A stretch of 64,000 nucleotides of DNA from Dendrobates tinctorius (taxonomy: Eukaryota), in the NCBI RefSeq assembly GCF_039654945.1, contig NW_027361738.1, forward strand, positions 20,832,001-20,896,000. The letters are read 5' to 3'. The notes under the pieces are model-generated. The model was given only the letters and a program-made list of their open reading frames with translations, was not told the origin of the DNA and did no database searches. Position numbers and translations under genes: made by a program. Shown here piece after piece: positions 1 through 12,757 of the stretch (its first letter is position 1; each line of letters opens with the position of its first letter).

Positions 1-1617
1 TAATTATTTAAATAAATAATTTAAAACAAAAACAGTTTTCACAACCAACCTTGCTAAAGCAGACAGCTGGGTCTGGTATTCTCAGGCTGGTAGGGGACCA
101 TGGATATTGCCCCCAGCATAAAAATAGCAGCCCACAGCCACCCAGAAAAGGTGCATATATTAGATGTGCCAATTTTGGGGCTTTGCCCAGCTCTTCCCAC
201 TTGCCCTGTAGTGGTGGCAAGTGGGGTTCATATTTGTGGGGTTGATGTCACCTTTGTATTGTCAGGTGACATCAAGCCCTCGGATTACTAATGGAGAGGT
301 GTCTGTAAGACTCCCATCCATTACTAATTGTATAGTTATATGGTAAATATTGACACACCCAGAATAAAGTCCATTTATTTAAAATAAAACAAAACACTTT
401 TACTTTTTTATTTAAAAAAAACAAACACAGCTATGCTTATCTAATGCCTAATTCCGCTGAATTCCTCATGCCCTGTAATGAAATAAAAAGCCACAATATC
501 TCTCACCTATCTGATGTTCTGTCCCATGCCATAATCCATGTCTGAGGGATAAACGTTTTTCAACCTGGATGGTGCCAAGATGCAACCGTCCAGGCTAAGA
601 ACCACTGGTGAATGAGCTGCTGCAAGCACAGCATCAGTGACTAGGGTTACGTCATTGAGGTAACTGCTGGTCACTGAAGCTGCCTTCCAGCCAGGCTGAA
701 CTGCAGTGACCTCAGTGAGATCCCGCTAGCACCATGAGAAAGTTTCACGGTGTAGAGAGTTCACCTCAGTTCACTGGGAGTATTTCACTGCGCTGAATTT
801 GAACTGCAGTGAACTCGCCTCTGCACCATGAGACTTTCTCACCATGATACAAGGGATCTTACGGAGTTCACCGCACTAATAGATGTGCCTTTTCTGGGCA
901 ACTGTGGGCTTCTATTGATAGACTGGGGGGAGTCAATATCCATGGCACTTTACCAGCCTGAGAATACCAGCCCCTAACTGTCTGCTTTAGCAAGGCTGGT
1001 TGTCAAAAATGTGGGGGACCTCACGCCACCTTTTTAAATTATTTAAATAATTAAAAAATATGGCATGGAGACCCCACCATTCTTGATAACCAGCCATGCT
1101 GAAGATGACAGTTGAGGGTTGCAGCTCCCAGCTTTGAGTTTTGCCTGGCTGGTTATCAAAAATACGAGGGGAACCCACGTCATTGCCATTTTTTTTACTT
1201 ATTTATTTACTGTGCAGGCACTGGCTGATGAATACTCCCATCATCCGCTCCTGCTCTCACTGTTATTATCAGCAGCAGGTGTTGGTGGATGGGAGCAGTA
1301 GTCCCATCAGCCAACACCAGTGACTGGAGGTAAACTTTACACCTCCGATCACAGCTGTGCACTCATGCTGTCTTTAGACAGTGTAGAAACCATGGCTGTC
1401 TGAATGGTGGTGATCATTTTACCACCATTCAGAAGTGGTGTTTGCCGCGCTGTTATGCATATGACAGTGTGGCAAACACTGGATGTTTGGGCCCCAATTC
1501 AAGTGAATGGAGTCCAGATTCGGGTCCGGGTACTATTTTGGTACCCAAACCCAAACTTTTTGTAACTGTTCAGCCAAACTCGCTGGACCCGAACATCGAG
1601 GTGTCCGCCCATCTCTA
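1..1617. mobile_element. Non-autonomous hAT-like element, right part (left end outside window), with internal long inverted repeat
   Basis: Ends in ...GTCCGCCCATCTCTA (1617), resembling the TAG(A/G)GATGAGCG terminus family seen elsewhere in the window. Bases ~1-165 are inverted-repeated at ~880-1053. Internal sequence recurs at ~31680-31983 and ~34308-34590. Confidence 0.55.
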
Positions 1618-2089
1618 CATAACTCTATAAAAAAGCAATCAGAAATTTGTCTGGATTCAATTACTCATCCATATAGTTTTAAGTGCTTTCTGTTACATTT
1701 CGGTATTATATAAAAATCCCTGAAAACCTAGAAAAAATGTTTATGAATTCAATGATTCATCAATACATTGTAACGTGGTTCTTGTTACATTTCGCTGGTG
1801 TATTAAACTCTAAAAAAAACTTCCAAAAATTTTTATGGATTCAATGCTTCATGCATACAGTTTAATGTGCTTTGTGTAAAACTACAGTGGATTAAAATTT
1901 TTAAAAACTGCTTGGCCTGGTAGAGTTCACAAAATATTTTTGGTCAAAAAACTGACTATTGTCACATATACTGTAGAACCTGCTTTGTGTGAAATTTCGT
2001 TGGGTTGAAATAAAAACCAAAATTGGCCTGCTACAGAGGTACACTTTCTTAATATTTTAATGAGGCCATCCAGTTGCCTTCAAGGGTGT

Positions 2090-2738
2090 ATAGATGACCC
2101 TGCTTGTAATTTTTAGAAGGCTTTGCACCTAGTGCATAGCTTTTAAAAGTCTAGAAGTACCACTACCATTATAAGAAAATTTAAATAGAATGTGTATGAG
2201 GCTCTCCTTTATGTCTAATACAGGATGTATCTGACCCCCTCTTACATCACATTTTTGACAGTTTCTGCTTCCTTCATAAATTACACTGAAACCTCCATTT
2301 TTTACTAAAAATACTTTAATTATTATTAAAAAAATACTTTTTAAATTTTGCCTTAAAAAAAAGTCAATACACAGGAAAAATGTTTCTTAACATTTTTTTT
2401 CCTGAAAACTCCAATTTCCAATTGATTTTAATTGTTTTTTTTTTGGCAGTCCTTAAAGTGGAGTAAAAGTGTGACACGATTTTTCTCAGCAGTGATCTGG
2501 GAGTCAGAGATGCTTCCAGTTGTCTTCCCCATCCTGTTCTCCTTCCACTCAGCACTTTTTCCATCCATCTCAACAATTTCACTGCCTCCACAGACTTCTT
2601 TCCATGGTCTGCCGGAAAAATGCTTGGATTTCTCATTGACTCCCATTATACTTGTTACTCGAAACAAACATTTAAGCATTAGGAATTGCTCGGTTTGTGT
2701 AACGAGCATCTGAGCATATTAGTGCTCGCTCATCTCTA
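2090..2738. mobile_element. Non-autonomous hAT-like element fragment (one terminus)
   Basis: Ends CTCGCTCATCTCTA. Reverse-complement homolog at ~51011-51530; ORFs 2364-2636 and 51070-51324 are visibly homologous. Confidence 0.6.
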
Positions 2739-3302
2739 GTGGTTTGTGCTTTTCAATTCGGTTTGCTCAGCTGAGTTTGTTTAGATTGGCACTAGGTGGC
2801 AGCAGTGTGATGCTGCATGCAAGTGCTTTCTCTTATACAAATCCCATGCGTGTTACATGAAGCATCAATTCATTTTCCAAACTGGTATAGGAAAAATGAC
2901 AGAAATTCTATCTTGCAGCTTGGTAAGGTAAAATGTTATTTTTGAGATTTGTTGTTATACACTGAAGAGCAAACAGGTAACACTTTTTTGAACTTTTGAC
3001 TTTACAGGCTCCTTATTTCACCATCCACTATTGCTTAGAATGTGAGACTACCATCATTTTATAGACAATCATCTTAACAATCTCATACCTAAATTTGACT
3101 TGCAACTGTGTAGCATATGATTAGTTACGTAGATTCTTGTTACTGTTTGGCTCCCAAAAATCTAAATTTTAATTATTATTTTGCTAGTATTTTATAAATC
3201 CACATTTTGATTTTCACTTTTCAACACTGCCTGAATCCTTCTAGCCAAGCTCTCAATCAGATTCAAACATGTCTCTACCAAAAATTCAATCCCACGACTC
3301 TT

Positions 3303-3503
3303 CTACATGTTTCCAAAGTTTGTGCATACTGGTCGACTCACTGGGGTATATATACAGATTTTCTTCAACTCTACCCACAAATGTGCAATTGGGTTTAGGT
3401 TTGGGAACTGTGAAGGCCAATCCAGCACCTCTATTTTATTGTCATTGAGCCATTTATTTGCCAATCTCGATGTATGCTTCGGGTCGTTGTCCTGCTGGAA
3501 CAC
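3303..3503 (-). pseudogene. Tc1 transposase C-terminal catalytic fragment
   Basis: FQQDNDPKH and WPSQ-P-LNPI-HLW motifs. The catalytic Glu of NPIE reads Ala here. Confidence 0.9.
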
Positions 3504-5312
3504 TATGTCGTTCTTTTCATACCCATGGCACTAAAGTGTACGAAGTAAATCGTCTTGTAGGATACTCACGTATAGCTCAGCATTAAGACCACCATCAATC
3601 CTGGTCAAGTATTCAACACCTTTGGCTGTGAAACAAATCCATATCATCAGGCTTCCTCTAAGGAACTTGATCCATTAGTTCCTTTTCCCTTTTGTTTCTT
3701 ACAGATCTATTTGGACCCATCAGAGCCAAGTCTATTGACTTTCATCTCATTGCCCCAAATCACCGATTTCCAATCTTCTACTGTCCACTGCTCATATTAT
3801 TTTGCAAACTCGAGCCGACACTCCTTATGACGATATTAACCCCTTCCTGACATGAGACGTACTATCCCGTCCACGGTACCCGGGCCCGTATGACCGGGGA
3901 CGGGATAGTACGTCTACCGCGATCAGCGGCGCCCACGTGGTGAGCGCCGCTGATCGCGGCCGGGTGTCAGCTGATTATCACAGCTGACACCCGGCACAAT
4001 GTGTCAGGGGCGGTCACGGACCGCCCCCGACACATTAACCCCTTGCACACCGCGATCAAACGCGATCGCGGTGTACCGGGAGTTAAAGGGAAGCATCGGC
4101 AGGGAGGGGGCTCCCTCCGTGCTTCCCTGAGCCCCCCACGGCAGCGCAATGTGCAGCGCTGCTGCGGGGGACTCCTATCCTCCAGGCCCCCGAATCCAAG
4201 ATGGCGACGGGGGCCTTCGGGGGCCTGGGGAAGCTGGCTTCCTCAGTGCCTGCAAAGCGCAGGCATGAGGAAGCCTTGTGCACTGCCTGTGACAGATTGC
4301 TGATCTGTCACAGTGATCTGTGATGTGACAGATCAGCGATCTGTCACAGGACAGTGATGTCCCACCTGGGACTATGTAATAAAGTAAAAAAAAAATTAAA
4401 AAAAAGTGTAAAAATAAATTTAAAAAAATCGCCAAATAAATTAGTAAAAAAAAAAAAAAATATTCCCCAATAAATTCATTTTTTTTAAATAATAAAAAAA
4501 AAAAACAATAAATGTACACATATTAGGTATCGCCGCGTCCGTAACGACCTGCCCTATAAAACTGTCCCATTAGTTAACCCCTTTAGCGAACCCCTTAAAA
4601 AATAAAAATAAAAAACGAAGCAAAAAATAATGATTTATTATCATACCGCCAAACAAAAAGTGCAATAACGCGAGATCAAAAAGACGCATATAAATATCCA
4701 TGGTACCGCTGAAAACGTCATCTTGTCCCGCAAAAAACAAGCCGCCACACAGCATCATCAGCAAAAAAATAAAAAAGTTATAACTCACAGAATAAAGCGA
4801 TGCAAAAATAATTATTTTTTATATAAAATAGTTTTCATTGCATAAAACCGACAAAAACATAAAAAAACGACCTAAATGAGGTATTGCTGTAACCGTACTG
4901 ACCCGAAGAATAAAAGCGCTTTATCAATTTTACCGCACGCGGAACGGTGTAAACGCACCCCCCCCAAAAGAAATTCATGAAACACTGGTTTTTGTTCATT
5001 CTGCGTCCCAAAAATCGGAATAAAAAGCGATCAAAAAATTTCACGTGCCCGAAAATGGTACCAATAAAAACGTCAACTCGTCCCGCAAAAAATAAGACCT
5101 CACATGACTCGGTGGGTCAAAATACGGAAAAATTATAGCTCTCAATATGTGGTGATGCAAAAACTATTTTTACAATAAAAAGCGTCTTTTAGCGTGCGAC
5201 AGCCGCCAAACATAAAAACCGCCATAAATAGTAAATCAAACCCCCCGTTATCACCCCTTTAGTTAGGGAAAAATAATAAAATAAAAAAAATGTATTTATT
5301 TCCATTTTTCCA

Positions 5313-5465
5313 TTAGGGTTAGGGCTAGGGTTAGGGCTAGGGGTGTGTTGGGGTAGGGTTAGGTTAGGGTTAGGGCTAGGGTTAGGGTTAGGGCTAGGGT
5401 TAGGGTTAGGGCTAGGGCTAGGGTTAGGGCTAGGGTTAGGGCTAGGGTTAGGGCTAGGATTAGGG
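5313..5465 (+). repeat. Interstitial telomere-like repeat (TTAGGG/CTAGGG)n
   Basis: Roughly 25 hexamers, directly visible, inside the piggyBac-like element. Confidence 0.9.
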
Positions 5466-5489
5466 GCGTGTTGGGGTTCGGGTTGGAGT

Positions 5490-8400
5490 TAGAATTGGGG
5501 GTTTCCACTGTTTGGGCACATCAGGGGCTCTCCAAATGCAACATGGCATCTGATCTCAATTCCAGCCAATTCTGAGTTGAAAAAGTCAAATGGTGCTCCT
5601 TCCCTTCCAAGCTCTGCTATGCGCCCAAACAGTGTTTTACCCCCTCATGTAGGGTATCAGCCTACTCAGGACAAATTGCAAAACAATTTTTGGGGTCCAA
5701 TTTCTCCTGTTACCCTTAGGAAAATAAAAAATTGGGGGCAAAAATATCATTTTTGTGGAAAAAAAATGATTTTTTTATTTTCACGTCCGAGTGTTATAAA
5801 CTTCTGTGAAGCACTTGGGGGTTCAAAGTGCTCACCACACATCTAGATAAGTTCCGTGGGGGGTCTAGTGTCCAAAATGGGGTCACTTGTGGGGAGTTTC
5901 AATAGTTTAGGTACATCAGGGGCTCTCCAAACGCACATGACAACCGCAGACCATTCCATCAAAGTCTGCGTTCCAAAACGTCACTGCTTCCCTTCCGAGC
6001 CCCGACGTGTGTCCATACAGTAGTTTTCTCCCACATATGGGGTGTCAGCGTACTCAGGACAAATTGGACAACAACTTTTGGGGTCCAATTTCTCCTGGTA
6101 CCCTTGGGAAAATAAAAAAAATGGTGACTAAAAGATCATGTTTGTGGAAAAAATACGAATTTTTTATTTTCACGCCCGGGCGTTGTAAACTTCTGTGAAG
6201 CACTGGGGGGGTCAAAGTGCTCACCACACATCTAGATAAGTTCCTTGGGGGGTCTAGTTTACAAAATGGTGTCATTTGTGGGGGGTTTCCACTGTTTAGG
6301 TACATTAGGGGCTCTCCAAAGGCAATATCACACCCGCAGACCATTCCATCAAAGTCTGCATTCCAAAACGTCACTACTTCCCTTCCGAGCCCCGACGTGT
6401 GCCCATACAGTAGTTTTCTCCCACATATGGGGTATCAGCATACTCAGGACAAATTGGACAACAACTTTTGGGGTCCAATTTCTCCTGGTACCCTTGGGAA
6501 AATAAAAAAATGGTGACTAAAAGATCATGTTTGTGGAAAAAATACGAATTTTTTATTTTCACGCCCGGGCGTTGTAAACTTCTGTGAAGCACTGGGGGGG
6601 TCAAAGTGCTCACCACACATCTAGATAAGTTCCTTGGGGGGTCTAGTTTACAAAATGGTGTCATTTGTGGGGGGTTTCCACTGTTTAGGTACATTAGGGG
6701 CTCTCCAAAGGCAACATGACACCCGCAGACCATTCCATCAAAGTCTGCATTCCAAAACGTCACTACTTCCCTTCCGAGCCCTGACGTGTGCCCATACAGT
6801 AGTTTTCTCCCACATATGGGGTAGCAGCGTACTCAGGACAAATTGGAAAACAACTTTTGGGGTCCAATTTCTCCTGGTACCCTTGGGAAAATAAAAAAAT
6901 GGTGACTAAAAGATCATGTTTGTGGAAAAAATACGAATTTTTTATTTTCACGCCCGGGCGTTGTAAACTTCTGTGAAGCACTGGGGGGGTCAAAGTGCTC
7001 ACCACACATCTAGATAAGTTCCTTGGGGGGTCTAGTTTACAAAATGGTGTCATTTGTGGGGGGTTTCCACTGTTTAGGTACATTAGGGGCTCTCCAAAGG
7101 CAATATCACACCCGCAGACCATTCCATCAAAGTCTGCATTCCAAAACGTCACTACTTCCCTTCCGAGCCCCGACGTGTGCCCATACAGTAGTTTTCTCCC
7201 ACATATGGGGTATCAGCATACTCAGGACAAATTGGACAACAACTTTTGGGGTCCAATTTCTCCTGGTACCCTTGGGAAAATAAAAAAATGGTGACTAAAA
7301 TATCATGTTTGTGGAAAAAATACGAATTTTTTATTTTCACGCCCGGGCGTTGTAAACTTCTGTGAAGCACTGGGGGGGTCAAAGTGCTCACCACACATCT
7401 AGATAAGTTCCTTAGGGGGTCTAGTTTCCAAAATGGTGTCATTTGTGGGGGGTTCCACTGTTTTGGTACATCAGGAGTTTTCCAAACGCGACATGGTGTC
7501 CGATCTCAATTCCAGCCAAAAACGTCAAATGGCGCTGCTTCCCTTCCGAGCTCTGCCATGCCCCCAAATAGTGGTTTACCCCCACATGTGGGGTATCAGC
7601 GTACTCAGGACAAATTGCACAATAACTTTTAGGGTCCTGTTACCCTTGGAAAAATAAGAATTGAGGGTGAAAAGATCATTTTTGTGGAAAAAATATGATT
7701 TTTTAATTGTATGGCTTTATGTTATAAACTTCTGTGAAGCCCATGGGGGTTCAAAGTTCTCACCACACATCTAGATAAGTTCCTTAGGGTGTCTAGTTTC
7801 CAAAATGGTGTCATTTGTGGGGGGTTTCCACTGTTTTGGTACATCAGGGGTTTTCCAAACGCGACATGGTGTCCGATCTCAATTCCAGCCAAAAACGTCA
7901 AATGGCGCTGCTTCCCTTCCGAGCTCTGCCATGCGCCCAAATAGTGGTTTACCCCCACATGTGGGGTATCAGCGTACTCAGGACAAATTGCACAATAACT
8001 TTTAGGGTCCTGTTACCCTTGGAAAAATAAGAATTGAGGGTGAAAAGATCATTTTTGTTTAAAAAATATGATTTTTTAATTGTATGGCTTTATGTTATAA
8101 ACTTCTGTGAAGCCCATGGGGGTTCAAAGTTCTCACCACACATCTAGATAAGTTCCTTAGGGGGTCTAGTTTCCAAAATGGTGTCATTTGTGGGGGGTTT
8201 CCACTGTTTTGGTACATCAGGGGTTTTCCAAACGCGACATGGTGTCCGATCTCAATTCCAGCCAAAAACGTCAAATGGCGCTGCTTCCCTTCCGAGCTCT
8301 GCCATGCGCCAAAATAGTGGTTTACCCCCACATGTGGGGTATCAGCGTACTCAGGACAAATTGCACAATAACTTTTAGGGTCCTGTTACCCTTGGGAAAA

Positions 8401-8800
8401 TAAAAATTGGGGTGAAAAGATCATTTTTGTGGAAAAAATATGATTTTTTAATTGTAGCGCTGTACGTTATAAACTTCTGTAAAGCCCTTGTGGGTTCAAA
8501 GTTCTCACCACATATCTAGATAAGTTCCTTGGGGGGTCTAGTTTCCAAAATGGGGTCACTTGTAGGGGGTTTCCACTGTTTAGGTACATCAGGGACTCTC
8601 CAAACGTGACATGGCGTCCAATCTGAATTCCAGCCAATTTTGCATTGAAAAAGTCAAACGGCGCTCCTTCCATTCTGAGCTCTGCCATGCGCCGAAACAG
8701 TCGTTCCCCCCCACATATCAGGTATCTGCGTACTCAGGACAAATTGCACAATAACTTTTGCAGTTCAATTTCTCCTGTTACCCTTGGTAAAATAAAAAAA
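5490..8800 (+). repeat. Tandem array of 389-bp then ~373-bp units (~8.5 copies)
   Basis: Anchor AAAGT(G/T)CTCACCACACATCTAG at ~5825, 6214, 6603, 6992, 7381 (period 389), then ~7754, 8127, 8499 (period ~373). Repeated ORFs in the track have the same offsets. Confidence 0.95.
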
Positions 8801-10829
8801 ATTGAACCTGAAGTATTTTTTTTATGAAAAAAAGTTAGATGTTCATTTTTTTTTAAATATTCAAAAAAATTCCTGTGACGCACCTAAAGGGTTAATAAAC
8901 TTCTTGAATGTGGTTTTGAGCACCTTAAGGGGTGCAGTTTTTAGAATGGTGTCACTTTTGTGTATTTTCTATCATATAGACCCCTCAAAGTGGCTTCAAA
9001 TGTGATGTGGTCCTAAAAATAAAATGGTGTTGTAAAAATGAGAAATCGCTGGTCAACTTTTAACCCTTATAACTTCCTAACAAAAAAAAATTTTGGTTCC
9101 AAAATTGTGCTGATGTAAAGTAAACATGTGGGAAATGTTAGTTATCAAGTTTTTTGTGTGCCTTATCTCTGTGATTTAAGGGCATAAAAATTCAAAGTTG
9201 GAAAATTGCGAAATTTTCAAAATTTTCGCCAAATTTCCGTTTTTCTCACAAATAAACGCAAGTTATTTGAATGAAATTTTACCACTAACATGAAGTACAA
9301 TATGTCACGAGAAAACAATGTCAGAATCACCGGGATCCATGGAAGCGTTCGAGAGTTATGACCTCATAAAGGTACAGTGGTCAGAATTGTAAAAATTGGC
9401 CCGGTCATGAACGTGCAAACCACCCTTGGGGGTGAAGGGGTTAAAATCGAGGCTTCTTCACCTTTTTTTTCAGCCACCATTCCAGACTTGTGTATTGTGT
9501 GTCGCACGATGCTTGCATGGATGTTTGTGATTTCACTATAAAGAAGCAAAAAAAGCCACCTTTACTGTCGTGTTTGTTGCTCCAGAACTGATACTGTAGA
9601 CCTTGTGATGAGCCGACTTCTTGACTCTGATATTTTGCCTGGACATCCACCGCTTGGCTTTTGAATGGATGGATGGACTTCATCTCGTATTCTGCCACCT
9701 GTCTTGGCACTCATATGAAGCAGTTTGGCAATTTTCTTGGCAGAGAGACCGCTATCGATGAGCTGGCTGATGCTGTTTCTAATTTTTGAGAAAATCTTCT
9801 TCATGGCTGCTCCTTGATTCGAACCAGTGATTTTTAGTTTTGGAATCAACCTAATAACACACTGAACTAAATGTAAGAACAGGATTTATTTTGTAGTATA
9901 CAGGAAGAAAAAGATTTTTCCACCACCAGGAACAAAACAGTAACAATGCAGTGACATGACAAGAATCTCCATAACTAATCATATGTAAAATAGTTGCAAG
10001 TCAAATTTATGTATGAGATAGCCAAGATGATTGTCTATAAAATGATGATAGTCTCACATTCGAAGCAGTAGTGGATATGAGATATAGAGCCTGAAAGGCA
10101 AATGGTTAAAAGATTGTTACCTTTTTGCTCATCGGCATAAATGTGGAATACTGTATCATGCTCCGAAAAGCTTGTGAATATGCACAATAGCATTCATGAG
10201 AATTGCAACAAATATTATAAACCTGGCCAAAACATAATTTTAACCTTCATAGACACACAAATTATAGGCCTGAATCATTTCCATAAACACAAATCACCTA
10301 GAATATACTATACCGGTATCGGTATTGCCTGGCAGGTGAAGAGAAACTACCCCCAAACAGCAACTGCAGGTACTGAAACACTACCTTCAAATGTTCCCAC
10401 AAATTAACACCACATTCTGAGGTTCCACAATTTAACCTGTTTAATCTGCTTTATTATGGGCCTCAAAGGTAGCGACGTAGTAACTTAAGGCCATCAACAG
10501 AAAGTCAAAGTCCCAGGAAGACACTGGACTATACAAAAAGTATTTAAGGAAATTCCCTCAAAAGCGTCACCAACATTTGTAACCTTTAGGGTCTTTCATT
10601 TATGGCAAGGAACTAATGAAAAAAAAATTCTCAGTGACATCTGTAACAGCGGCACAGGAATTGTGCTATAAGGTTTGTTAGGAGAGGTGCTGTAGACACT
10701 ACAGTGTGTAATTTTGGAGTTCCTGTGAGGGATATAGATAGGAGCTGTTGCTGCATTGCGAAAAGCTACAGTGGATGAAAACTTCACCTATGTAAGCAGT
10801 CACTAGCTCAATCATTTTCTGAACTTTTA

Positions 10830-11113
10830 CAATATCAGTCAAAAGTTTGGGCCCACCTATTTATGTATTGGTTTCTCAAGTTCATAAAAAAATGTACTCA
10901 TTGTAGATTCAGATGAAAGGCAGCAAAGATGCATACCTTAGGGAAACAAGTTTAACATGTATTCTGATTTGTTTTGCACATGTTTAATTACTCTTTGTTT
11001 CCATTGGTGGTTTTGCTTCCTTTAGCCTCAATCTACAATATGCAGTTTTTCAATAAAAACCAAAAAATAATTGCACAGTTGTACAATTGTGTCCAAAATT
11101 TTAAGTGGTAGTG
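10830..11113. mobile_element. Old Tc1-derived MITE
   Basis: Degenerate TIRs CAATATCAGTCAAAAGTTTGGGCCCAC / GTGTCCAAAATTTTAAGTGGTAGTG, preceded by TA. Confidence 0.55.
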
Positions 11114-11127
11114 CATATACTGATACT

Positions 11128-11338
11128 GTAGAATGTAAGTCCGCAAGGACAGGGTCCTCTCCCCTCTGTACCAGTCCGTCATTGTAAATTTGTTTACTGT
11201 TAACGATATCTAGAACTTTGTATGTAACGATATCTAGAACTTTGTATGTAACAATATCTAGAACTTTGTATGTAACCCCTTCCCATGTACAGCACCATGG
11301 AATTAATGGCGCTATATAAATAAATAATAATAATAATA
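11128..11338 (+). mobile_element. L2-type LINE/SINE 3' end with (TAA)n tail and internal 24-bp x3 tandem (11201-11272)
   Basis: ACAGCACCATGGAATTAATGGCGCTATATAAATAAATAATAATAAT tail, similar to the tail of the SINE at 42082-42352. Confidence 0.7.
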
Positions 11339-12757
11339 CTGATATTGTACTGTACTGGTACTGTATATAAGTGAAACAGAATCGCATGGGTGGCCACTTC
11401 TCCACTAACAGCAGTGTACAAGGAAGTTCTGGTCTTTAGGTAGATGAGGGTCCTAGCCTCGGAGTCGGGACATGCTTTTATGGCATAGCTCGAGAATATG
11501 CCATAAATGTAAACCTTGTGCCATCTACAAAGGCAGAGACACAACTCAGTGACTGGATGCAGCAGTGATGGACTCTGTAGTAGTGACGTCACCATTTCTA
11601 TACACAAGTAAGCAACTTACCTTCCCTCCATGTCAGCTTCTGACCTGGAATTGACGTTATCAGTCAAATCAAAAGCCCCCAGTCCTCACCTCTCTCTGAC
11701 TCTATTGCAGTTCTCCTAATCACTGCTCTCACTTTCCTGAGCTATGTGCTTGTCCAAAGGACTTATTATCTCTGAGTGTAGCAAAGTAGCATGATAAAAC
11801 CAGCAGAAGGATGATGCTCCTGAACTAGAACTGTCATTCAATGAGGAATTCTCAAACCCCCTTTCCACCAGCAACAAGAAAGTGAAGAGGCTGGAGAACT
11901 GTATGCTGTTGAAGACACATTTTGAAAATAACCTTTTAAGAGAGTCATCTGTAGACCAAAATGTCCTATGCTTAGCAGATGCATGGACTGCTTCTAGGAT
12001 ATTTGGCAATGACTCAACTAATATCCTAGAGGGAGTTTGTTTATCATCTTGTACCATGGCATGACGTTGGCTTACAAAGTTATTAGTAAGTAGATGTAAG
12101 GCCTTTGCCATGGTAGCTGTGATCTATGATCACAAAACTTGGAGTAAAATCACACATACTTGCTTTCCAAACATATAATAATAATTGGTCTGTTTTAATG
12201 CAATTCACATGTGCAAAAGAGAGTGGAAGTGCCAAAATCCACTAAAGAAAAAATAACTTTCAGGATGTACAGTACTGTATTTTGAGAGATTATCAATACA
12301 TAACTGCAAGGTAATATCGCTGTGGTATTACGCATACATACATAAGAATGCAATGTGTTTTGGCTCCCTCTAGTGAATATTTATTGTAGATATACAGTGT
12401 CAAATTTTATTATATTTAAAATATTAGATTTTTGGCATTAGATAAAAACGTGATTAGAATTGAAAACTGCAATCACATGGATGTCTATCATTTATGACTT
12501 TGTAGATTGGCAATAGACTCCATGTCTCTACAGTGGCTTACAAAAGTATTCAATATGTTTGTAATTTGATTTGTGTATAATGCATCAGCACTAAATAGTC
12601 TAAGTTGGTGTTGTGAAGTAAGAAAAATATAGGCAAAAATGTAATTTATATGATCAAATATGTAAAAATTAGCATGTGCATAAGTATTCACTCCTTTTGC
12701 TATGAAGCCCCTAAAGAATTCTGGTGCAAGCAATTACTTTCAAAAGTCACATACTTA

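Larger units (their letters stand above)
3840..9440. mobile_element. Non-autonomous piggyBac-like element (5601 bp)
   Basis: TTAA at 3836-3839 and 9441-9444; termini CCCCTTC.../...GAAGGGG. The Tc1 reading frame joins up when the element is removed. No transposase ORF. Confidence 0.85.
2960..10137 (-). mobile_element. Tc1-like DNA transposon, decayed, interrupted by the 3840-9440 insertion
   Basis: TA on both sides; diverged ~200-bp TIRs (CACTGAAGAGC.../...GCTCATCGGCA). Transposase remnants: N-terminal HTH-like region 9562-9849, KKVKKPRF|*YRHKECRLEFAK across the insertion site, and the C-terminal catalytic block at 3303-3503. Confidence 0.9.

Noticed and set aside
5313-5465. Chromosome end or fusion site
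   Set aside because: Short, degenerate, single orientation and internal to a TTAA-bounded element.
5577-8827. Repeated 60-130 aa ORFs and regular spacing suggesting a gene array or CRISPR
   Set aside because: These are translations of a tandem satellite with whole-unit identity, no unique spacers, no cas genes and a eukaryotic context.
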